Of a stretch of DNA of 64,000 bases, positions 1 through 7,523 are shown one piece after another (position 1 is the first letter of the stretch; the number at the start of each line of letters is the position of its first letter). A program made the position numbers and the translations under genes. Source of the stretch: Pelagibacteraceae bacterium (GTDB lineage Bacteria > Pseudomonadota > Alphaproteobacteria > Pelagibacterales > Pelagibacteraceae); NCBI GenBank assembly GCA_008638205.1, contig VTPO01000002.1:19802-83801 (forward strand), written 5' to 3'. Below the pieces are notes generated by a model that did not search any database, was not told the DNA's origin, and saw only the letters and a program-made list of their open reading frames with translations.

Positions 1-422
1 TTGGTGGCATTATTGGACTACTCGTAGCTGGCAGCTCATTAAATATTTATAGCCAAATTGGTTTGATAATCCTCATAGGACTGTCCGCTAAAAACGGAAT
101 TTTAATTGTAGAATTTGCAAATCAATTGCGAGTAGAAGGTCAGGATATTAAAGAAGCAATTCTTAACTCCTGCAAGGTCAGATTAAGACCAATTTTAATG
201 ACCTCTCTTTCAACCATTGTCGGCGTACTCCCACTAATTTTAGGCTCTGGACCAGGAGAAGCAAGCAGACTAACCATCGGGGTCGTGATTTTTTCAGGAA
301 TGATCTTCTCTACCTTTTTTACTTTATATGTGATTCCTTCTATCTACTTGATGATAAGTAAAAATACTCAAAGAATAGATGCTGTAGAAATTGAGCTCAA
401 TAAACAACTAAAAGCCAAATAA
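1..422 (+). CDS. RND (AcrB/AcrD/AcrF family) efflux permease, C-terminal part; gene starts before the window
   Basis: Frame is open from position 3 (GGIIGLLVAGSSLNIYSQIGLIILIGLSAKNGILIVEFA...RLRPILMT). GxxxKNxILIVEF and RLRPILMT are AcrB-family TM10-11 motifs. Confidence 0.9.
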   Translation, partial: GGIIGLLVAGSSLNIYSQIGLIILIGLSAKNGILIVEFANQLRVEGQDIKEAILNSCKVRLRPILMTSLSTIVGVLPLILGSGPGEASRLTIGVVIFSGMIFSTFFTLYVIPSIYLMISKNTQRIDAVEIELNKQLKAK

Positions 423-1025
423 TTAAAAAAAGATAAATTTATTCCTGTCTAACCTAGACTTGCATTTCTTCAATTGCCTTTTGTACTTTCGAGCTTGAGA
501 GCTTACTTCTCTTGCGTAAGAAACTACATTTGTTTTATTCTTATAATTTTTATAATTACCCCAACCTTCGTGGTAAGCAAGATATTGACGATAGTAATCT
601 TTTTTACTAATTCTTAATTTTTTGTTTGTCTGGTGTATATACCAACCAATAAAATCCGAAGAATCTTTAAATCTTATTCTTAACGCTAGATTGTTTCCTG
701 TATCTTGCTTATACATATCCCAAGTACCAATAACGGCCTGCGAATATCCAAAAGAACTAGAAGGTCTTTTCCAAGGAATAACCTTAAATATTTTAGTTCG
801 TTCTGGTTTGGCTAACCAATCGAAAGAGCTTTCTCTTTTTATGATAGCCATCTGAAGCTCTATAGGAGCTCCCCATTTTTTTTCTGTTGCTAGCGCATTC
901 TTAAACCAAAAATATTTTTCCGAAAAAATAGAGCACGCATTCGAAGTATTTTTGGGTATAGAACTACAACCCGAAACTACTAAAAGTGTTAAAAAACATA
1001 GTATTAATTTTTTTTTTCGAATCAC
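423..1025 (-). CDS. Transglycosylase SLT-like lipoprotein
   Basis: Lipobox VVSG-C after a basic/hydrophobic leader, and AIIKRESSF with a candidate catalytic Glu. Probable GTG start at 1025; the ORF track starts at 1070. Confidence 0.7.
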   Translation of the reverse strand: MIRKKKLILCFLTLLVVSGCSSIPKNTSNACSIFSEKYFWFKNALATEKKWGAPIELQMAIIKRESSFDWLAKPERTKIFKVIPWKRPSSSFGYSQAVIGTWDMYKQDTGNNLALRIRFKDSSDFIGWYIHQTNKKLRISKKDYYRQYLAYHEGWGNYKNYKNKTNVVSYAREVSSQARKYKRQLKKCKSRLDRNKFIFF

Positions 1026-1109
1026 CTTTTTACTATAAAGCAAATAAATATGAATTTTATGTTTAATCATTGCTGATCTTTCAAAAATGGCATAAATAAA
1101 TTTATCGTA

Positions 1110-1829
1110 ATGGCAAATTTAATATTAGTAAGACACGGCCAAAGTCAGTGGAACTTAGAAAATAGGTTCACAGGATGGTATGATGCCGAACTAACAGAGC
1201 AAGGTAAGGAAGAGGCTAAAAAGTCTGGTCAGCTCATTCATCAATTAAATATTAATTTTGAACAAGCTTTTACTTCTTTTCAAAAAAGAGCATCTAATAC
1301 TTTGGCAATTATTTTAGAAGAAATTAATCAAAAAAATTTAATTACTACAAAAGCTTGGCAACTAAATGAAAGGCATTATGGTGGATTGCAGGGGCTAAAT
1401 AAAGCTGAAACTGCCAAGAAGTATGGTGAAGAACAGGTCATGACTTGGAGAAGAAGCTACAAAACACCCCCTCCTGATCTAGACCCAAGTGATCCTAACC
1501 ACCCTATTCATAATAAAATTTACAAAGATATTGATCCAAAATTAATTCCCAATTCAGAATCTTTGCTAGATACATATAACCGTGCAGTTCCTTTTTATAT
1601 TAATGAAATAGAGTCTATGCTGAAGAAAGAAAAAAATATTTTAGTCTCCGCTCATGGAAATAGCTTAAGAGCTATTTGTAAAAAAATTTTTAATATTTCT
1701 GATACAATGATTACAAAGTTAGAAATTCCAACTGGAAATCCAATTTTTATTGAAATGGATGACTTGAGAGTAAATAGTTTTAAATATCTTGATAAGGCTC
1801 GATCTAAAGAAATTATTACTAATCAATAG
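1110..1829 (+). CDS. gpmA: 2,3-bisphosphoglycerate-dependent phosphoglycerate mutase
   Basis: LVRHGQSQWN, LNERHYG and AHGNSLR motifs. Confidence 0.95.
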   Translation: MANLILVRHGQSQWNLENRFTGWYDAELTEQGKEEAKKSGQLIHQLNINFEQAFTSFQKRASNTLAIILEEINQKNLITTKAWQLNERHYGGLQGLNKAETAKKYGEEQVMTWRRSYKTPPPDLDPSDPNHPIHNKIYKDIDPKLIPNSESLLDTYNRAVPFYINEIESMLKKEKNILVSAHGNSLRAICKKIFNISDTMITKLEIPTGNPIFIEMDDLRVNSFKYLDKARSKEIITNQ

Positions 1830-2514
1830 TCTCGATCTTAATCAATTGATTATAAATTTCTAAGTTAGTGGCGTGTAGAAAGGAGCATGAAGATAAACAT
1901 CCATTCAAACTTTCTTGTGCAATTAAATCATTCCATATTTCATTCATAGAAAAAATATCCCCCTTTTTTTTTAAATTGAAAATATTAGGGTTAAGCAATT
2001 GGCATCCTGTATAAATATAATCATTACTACTCTTATTGAGTAAATTGTTTTGATCTAAACTAAAATCACCAGATAAATTTTTATCAAAACTGTCTTTTTT
2101 ATGAGCTAATAAAAGGGCGGCTTTACTGTTACCATTTTTAAAAACTTCTTTTAACTTATGCAAATCATCAGAGTAGTTTCTAGTCCAAACTGTATCACTA
2201 TTTAAAACAAAAAAATTTTCCTGATCAAAGAAACTCATCGCATTCAATATACCCCCGCCTGTATCTAAAATATTTTTTTCATAGGAGAGGGAAATATTGG
2301 GATATTTTTTAGTTATAAATTCTGATATTTTTTCATGTAAATAGTGTGAGTTAATAATAATTTCTGTAATGTTATTTTCACGTAATAAATCAATGGAATA
2401 TTCTATTAATTTTTTTCCACCAATCTCCAATAAAGGCTTAGGGAGTTCTTTGGTTAAAGGTAACAATCTTTTTCCAAACCCCGCTGCTAAAATAATTGCT
2501 TTCTTGATTAACAT
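1819..2514 (-). CDS. murU: Nucleotidyltransferase, MurU-like (N-acetylmuramate-1-phosphate uridylyltransferase)
   Basis: ILAAGFGKRLLPLT..PKPL and LDTGGG motifs; directly downstream of an AmgK-like kinase. Confidence 0.8.
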   Translation of the reverse strand: MLIKKAIILAAGFGKRLLPLTKELPKPLLEIGGKKLIEYSIDLLRENNITEIIINSHYLHEKISEFITKKYPNISLSYEKNILDTGGGILNAMSFFDQENFFVLNSDTVWTRNYSDDLHKLKEVFKNGNSKAALLLAHKKDSFDKNLSGDFSLDQNNLLNKSSNDYIYTGCQLLNPNIFNLKKKGDIFSMNEIWNDLIAQESLNGCLSSCSFLHATNLEIYNQLIKIETID

Positions 2515-2520
2515 TCAGTG

Positions 2521-3483
2521 TTACTTTCTCTTATTTTCTGGAAGATAGTCATTTAATATTTTACTAAATTCATGAAAAATAGGATTTTTAAGTCTTAAAT
2601 GCAGCAAAGACCAAGTATACGGAATTAAACTAAGATATTTTTTCTTACCATCTCGTAAATATAATCTGTAAAAAATCCCAATAATTTTCAAACTTCTTTG
2701 AACAGATAGAATATCAAAATCATCTTGAAAAATCTTTGAGTTAATTGCTAATTTTTTACCTGCTCTAGAAACGTAATAATTAAAAATTTTATTTTTTAAT
2801 TTTACAGTAGTTCTAATTCTAACATCATCTATTAATGACACAATATCATAGGCATGATTGCCCAACAATGCATCTTGGGAATCGATTATTCCTACTTTTT
2901 TTTTGTAGTCCATCAAATTAGATACGTGAAAATCACGATGAACGAAGAATGTATTTGGTCCTTTAATTAGAGAAAAAATTTTTGACAACGCTTTTTTTGC
3001 TTTTTTAGTGAATGAAGGTATTTTTTTTTTAGATACACAAGTAGGAACATACCATTGAAAAAAAAAGTTACTTTCTTTAGCTAGTATTTTTTTGGAGTAA
3101 TTGTTTTTAATAACTTTTTGCGATTTAGAATTAATTTTAATCTTTTGAATATTAATTAAAGTATCTACTATTTTTTTATAATATTTTAATGGTTTCTTTG
3201 TTTTACTCAAAATATCTCTATAACTTTTGTTACCAAAATCTTCTACTATCATGTAATTAGAATTCAGATCTATCTTAATTAGCTTGGGTGCCACGATCTT
3301 GTTTTTAATTAAAAACGAATTGATAGATGCGTATGTTTCGAGATTATTTTTTTTCTCTTTTGTGCAGTAAATGAGAATGTATTTTTTATTTTTAACTCTA
3401 ATTCTATAAAATGTTCGAAAAGAAGCATCACCAGCTACTATTTCTAATTTATTTTTTTTTAAATCTTCCAAAATATTTAACAT
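2521..3483 (-). CDS. amgK: AmgK-like anomeric MurNAc/GlcNAc kinase (APH family)
   Basis: AGDASFR, VHRDFHVSNLM and IIDSQDA motifs; tsaE-amgK-murU synteny. Start ATG 3483 preferred; the ORF track starts at 3501. Confidence 0.8.
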   Translation of the reverse strand: MLNILEDLKKNKLEIVAGDASFRTFYRIRVKNKKYILIYCTKEKKNNLETYASINSFLIKNKIVAPKLIKIDLNSNYMIVEDFGNKSYRDILSKTKKPLKYYKKIVDTLINIQKIKINSKSQKVIKNNYSKKILAKESNFFFQWYVPTCVSKKKIPSFTKKAKKALSKIFSLIKGPNTFFVHRDFHVSNLMDYKKKVGIIDSQDALLGNHAYDIVSLIDDVRIRTTVKLKNKIFNYYVSRAGKKLAINSKIFQDDFDILSVQRSLKIIGIFYRLYLRDGKKKYLSLIPYTWSLLHLRLKNPIFHEFSKILNDYLPENKRK

Positions 3484-3892
3484 TGGCTTTTCGTAAATCA
3501 TAGTTTTTTGTATGTCTTAAAATAATTTCAATTCTATCTTTGTGTTTTTTTTTTATTAAGTCTGGCCATTCTATTATATTTAAAAATAAGTATTCTTGAT
3601 TAAATATCCCAATATTATCCAATTCTTTTATTTTTTTAATTCTGTACAAATCATAATGAGCAATATTTGTAGTTTTATTAATATTGTAATACTGGACTAT
3701 ATTGTAGGTTGGGCTAACTACCTCTTCTTTCTTTGCTTTAAATTTTTGCTGAAGGCTTTGTATAAGAAATCGAGAAAATGTTGTTTTGCCAGCACCAATT
3801 TCACCATACAAATATATTGAGTCGCCTACTTTAACTTTTTTAGAAATTTTTTTAGTTAATGATTGAAGTTGCTTTATGGAAATAAATTCCAT
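3449..3892 (-). CDS. tsaE: t6A biosynthesis ATPase TsaE
   Basis: LYGEIGAGKTT, SPTY, HYDLYR and IEWP motifs. Confidence 0.95.
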   Translation of the reverse strand: MEFISIKQLQSLTKKISKKVKVGDSIYLYGEIGAGKTTFSRFLIQSLQQKFKAKKEEVVSPTYNIVQYYNINKTTNIAHYDLYRIKKIKELDNIGIFNQEYLFLNIIEWPDLIKKKHKDRIEIILRHTKNYDLRKANVKYFGRFKKK

Positions 3893-3897
3893 GGCTT

Positions 3898-5181
3898 TTA
3901 GTATCTATAATTATCGTGCTTAAATGGACCTTGTTGTTTTACACTAATATAGTCGGCTTGTTCCTTACTTAATTTAGTTAGCTTTGCTCCTACTTTTTCT
4001 AAGTGAAGTGCTGCAACTTTTTCATCTAAATGCTTTGGTAGCACGTATACTTTATTTTCATACTTACCTGCATTGTTCCATAGCTCTATTTGAGCAATAA
4101 CTTGGTTGGTAAAAGAAGCACTCATAACAAAACTAGGGTGACCTGTACCACAACCTAGATTAACGAGTCTTCCCTCTGCTAGTAAAATAATTCTTTTTTT
4201 ACTTGGTAGTTCAATTTCATGTACTTGAGGTTTAATCTCTGTCCACTTGTAATTCTTTAATGCATCTACTTGAATTTCGTTATCAAAGTGTCCTATATTA
4301 CAAAGTATAGCTCTATCTTTCATCATTCTCATATGATCTGCCGTAACAATATCCTTATTGCCTGTTGCGGTAACTACTATGTCAGCTTCTTTAATAGACT
4401 CGTCCATAACAACTACTTCATAGCCTTCCATAGCTGCTTGCAATGCACAAATTGGATCTGTCTCTGTCACCATTACTCTAGCTCCACTTTGTCTAAGAGA
4501 CGCTGCACTACCTTTTCCTACATCACCAAATCCGGCAACGATTGCTACTTTACCTGACATCATGACATCTGTTGCTCGCTTGATACCATCAACAAGACTT
4601 TCTCTACATCCATAAAGATTATCAAACTTAGATTTTGTTACTGAGTCATTTACATTTATTGCTGGTATTAATAATTTTTTATCTTCGGCCATTTTATTTA
4701 AAGCCAACACTCCGGTGGTTGTTTCTTCTGAAACTCCTTTTACATCTTTTAACAAATGCGAGTATTCTTTGTGCATAAGATCCGTAAGATCACCTCCATC
4801 ATCTAATATCATGTTAGGCTTCCAGTCCTTATTTCCTTCAATGGTTTGTTTAACACACCACCAATATTCTTCCTCGGTTTCACCTTTCCAAGCAAATACA
4901 GGAATTCCTTTTTTTGCAATTGCTGCAGCTGCGTGATCTTGAGTTGAAAATATATTGCATGAAGACCATCTTACAGAAGCACCCAATGCTACCAATGTAT
5001 CTATTAATACAGCTGTTTGAATTGTCATGTGAAGACATCCAAGAATATTTGCCCCTTTTAAAGGTTGTTGAGCAGAATATTCTTTTCTTAAGGCCATTAG
5101 TCCCGGCATTTCTGTTTCAGCAAGAGAAATTTCTCTATCCCCAAAATCTGCAAGGCCTATATCTTTAACTTTGTAATCCAT
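3898..5181 (-). CDS. ahcY: Adenosylhomocysteinase
   Basis: [31 protein letters not shown] and GHPSFVMS motifs. Confidence 0.98.
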   Translation of the reverse strand: MDYKVKDIGLADFGDREISLAETEMPGLMALRKEYSAQQPLKGANILGCLHMTIQTAVLIDTLVALGASVRWSSCNIFSTQDHAAAAIAKKGIPVFAWKGETEEEYWWCVKQTIEGNKDWKPNMILDDGGDLTDLMHKEYSHLLKDVKGVSEETTTGVLALNKMAEDKKLLIPAINVNDSVTKSKFDNLYGCRESLVDGIKRATDVMMSGKVAIVAGFGDVGKGSAASLRQSGARVMVTETDPICALQAAMEGYEVVVMDESIKEADIVVTATGNKDIVTADHMRMMKDRAILCNIGHFDNEIQVDALKNYKWTEIKPQVHEIELPSKKRIILLAEGRLVNLGCGTGHPSFVMSASFTNQVIAQIELWNNAGKYENKVYVLPKHLDEKVAALHLEKVGAKLTKLSKEQADYISVKQQGPFKHDNYRY

Positions 5182-5193
5182 ATTTTTTACATG

Positions 5194-5222
5194 CGTGTAG
5201 CAACATTGCTTTTGTAAATCAA
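5194..5222 (-). promoter_or_regulatory. Putative sigma70-type promoter for ahcY
   Basis: TTGATT-17 nt-TACACG on the minus strand, ending 12 nt before the ATG. The spacer contains the palindrome AGCAACATTGCT. Confidence 0.35.
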
Positions 5223-5226
5223 TTCT

Positions 5227-6774
5227 TTATTTCCTAAGAGGTAACTGAATATCTATAACTGCCCCAGAATTTGATTTTTTTGAGAAGTTATAGGCTTTTA
5301 TAGACCCTTTGTGAGAATCGATGATATTTTTTACAATATTTAAACCTAATCCTGAATGATTAACCGAACTGTCATCTGGTCTATCGCTATAAAATCTCTC
5401 AAAGATCTTGCTAACATTTTTTTCATCAAAGCCCGGGCCTTTATCTATAACTAATATTTCCACTTCTTTGTCCTTATTTTTTTTGGCAATAGACAATATT
5501 ACCTCTGCATTATTTGGGCTAAAAGAAACTGCATTTTCTAAAATATTTGCTATGACTTGTTCGATTCTACTTTCTACCCCAAACACCTTTGCCTCGGATA
5601 AGTTAGATGTATTTTTAAAATTTATAGAAATATTTTTGTCCAAAGTTTTAATGTCTGTGTTAAAATCTTCAATTACACTTTTTATCAAAGGTATTAAATC
5701 AAATTCTTTAGTAACGGATCTTGATTGACTGGCCTCGTCTTTGAGAACTTGAGAATAGTCTGTTATTAGTCGTTCAATACGCTCTACATCGTTAGATATA
5801 ATTTTTAACAACTTATTTCTCTTAACTTCATCATTAGTATTGATTAATAATTCTGAAGCACCTTTTAATGATGCAAGTGGGTTTCGAATTTCATGTGTAA
5901 GATCTGATGCAAATCTTTCTGCAAGATCAATACGATCATAAAGCGAAGAGGTCATATCTCTTAAGGACCTAGACAAGTTACCAATTTCATCATCACGTGC
6001 TTCTATCTGATTACCTAAATTGTTTTTTTTACTTTCTGGAGATGCCTGATTGGCAAAAACATTCAATTCTCTGATTGGCTTGATAATATAAGCATTTAAA
6101 AAGATAGAAAAAATTAAAATAATAATAGCCGCAATTAACGCTGACCGCAGCACAAAGTTTTTTCTTTCCTCAACAGCCAACATAATTTCATTAGAAATTT
6201 CCGAAATTATAATTGTTAACGTTTCATTATTTTCTAACAAAATTTTTGAGAATGTATGAACTATTAGGTTTTTGTTAACAAATTCAGATGCTGCAAAGTT
6301 ATTCTCGTCAACTAATCTTTGTGTCTGCTGTCTTAAAAAATTTGAATTTGCTGAATTCTGCTTTAAATCATTTTTTAAAATTATTTCTTCTTTAGGTGTA
6401 CTCTTCAATGTGTATTCCTCAATTCTTGAAGGTCTAGAAAAAACACCCTGCTCAATATCTAGAAGATTAGAATCTAATAAAAGATTGTTTTCTATATCTA
6501 AAAATTTTATTTGGTCGATCTCATCAAATAAAAATTTAGATTTAATCAAAAAACTTTTTAGCTGTTCTTTTTGAATATTAATTTTTTGAATATTTAAATT
6601 AGCTTCTATATTTTTAATGACTCTTAAGTGTTTGTTAGACTGTTTTGATATCAATTCTGGCTGAATAGCTTTTAAATAAAGAAACGTAAAAAAACTTAAA
6701 ATAATAAATATAAATAAGTTAAAAACTAAGAACTGAGTTAGTAAAGACCGGGAGGATAATAATCTAGCAATCAT
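5227..6774 (-). CDS. chvG: Sensor histidine kinase ChvG/ExoS
   Basis: Two TM segments, HAMP domain, H-box FASDLTHEIRNPL, and HATPase boxes (NILENA, DKGPG, HSGLGL). Start ATG 6774 lies just after the chvI stop. Confidence 0.88.
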   Translation of the reverse strand: MIARLLSSRSLLTQFLVFNLFIFIILSFFTFLYLKAIQPELISKQSNKHLRVIKNIEANLNIQKINIQKEQLKSFLIKSKFLFDEIDQIKFLDIENNLLLDSNLLDIEQGVFSRPSRIEEYTLKSTPKEEIILKNDLKQNSANSNFLRQQTQRLVDENNFAASEFVNKNLIVHTFSKILLENNETLTIIISEISNEIMLAVEERKNFVLRSALIAAIIILIFSIFLNAYIIKPIRELNVFANQASPESKKNNLGNQIEARDDEIGNLSRSLRDMTSSLYDRIDLAERFASDLTHEIRNPLASLKGASELLINTNDEVKRNKLLKIISNDVERIERLITDYSQVLKDEASQSRSVTKEFDLIPLIKSVIEDFNTDIKTLDKNISINFKNTSNLSEAKVFGVESRIEQVIANILENAVSFSPNNAEVILSIAKKNKDKEVEILVIDKGPGFDEKNVSKIFERFYSDRPDDSSVNHSGLGLNIVKNIIDSHKGSIKAYNFSKKSNSGAVIDIQLPLRK

Positions 6775-6776
6775 TG

Positions 6777-7475
6777 CTATCCTACATTCCAACGATAGCC
6801 ACTTCCATATCTAGTTTCTATAGCTGAAAAATCTTTATCAATTTTTTTAAATTTTTTTCTAATTCTCTTAACATGACTATCAATAGTTCTGTCTTCTATG
6901 TCACTATTCTCTCTATAGGCAATAGTCATTAAGTGTGATCTCTCTTTAATAACACCAGGTCTTTTCGCCAATTCATAGACTATTTGAAATTCGGTTGTTG
7001 TTAATTTGTCCGGTAGCGCTTGGCTATCCCACTGACACTCCAATTGTTCTGGATCCAGAATTAACTTTCCTTGTTGAATTGTATTTTTGCTAATAGGTGC
7101 GTTTTGATCTCTTTTTCTAAATTGAACTTTGATTCTTTCAATTAAAACTTTGATTGAAAAACCTCCAGATTTTTTTACAAAATCATCCGCTCCTAGTTTC
7201 AAGCCAAGCAATTCATCAACCTCTTCATCCTTAGAAGTTAAAAAAATAATAGGAATATCTATTTTTTTTCTTAGTTTTTTTAAAAGTTCCTCCCCATTCA
7301 TTCTTGGCATTTTAATATCTATAACCGCCAAATCCGGTGGAGTTCTGGTAATTCCTATATAGGCACTTTCTCCATCAAGGTATGTTTGAACTTTAAAGCC
7401 TTCATTTTCTAAGGCCATAGAAACACTTGTTAAAATATTTCTATCATCATCAACTAATGCAATTATTTTGCTCAT
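6777..7475 (-). CDS. chvI: OmpR-family response regulator ChvI
   Basis: IALVDDDRNILTSV, DIKMPRM and DRTIDSHVKRIRKKF, typical of ChvI. Confidence 0.92.
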   Translation of the reverse strand: MSKIIALVDDDRNILTSVSMALENEGFKVQTYLDGESAYIGITRTPPDLAVIDIKMPRMNGEELLKKLRKKIDIPIIFLTSKDEEVDELLGLKLGADDFVKKSGGFSIKVLIERIKVQFRKRDQNAPISKNTIQQGKLILDPEQLECQWDSQALPDKLTTTEFQIVYELAKRPGVIKERSHLMTIAYRENSDIEDRTIDSHVKRIRKKFKKIDKDFSAIETRYGSGYRWNVG

Positions 7476-7523
7476 ATTTAATAATGAATATTATCAAAAA
7501 AAGTCAAAAAAAAGACTACTAAT

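Noticed and set aside
5182-5226. Possible SAM-II, SAM-V or SAH riboswitch upstream of ahcY
   Set aside because: The region is too short, lacks the conserved pseudoknot sequences, and is better explained as a promoter.
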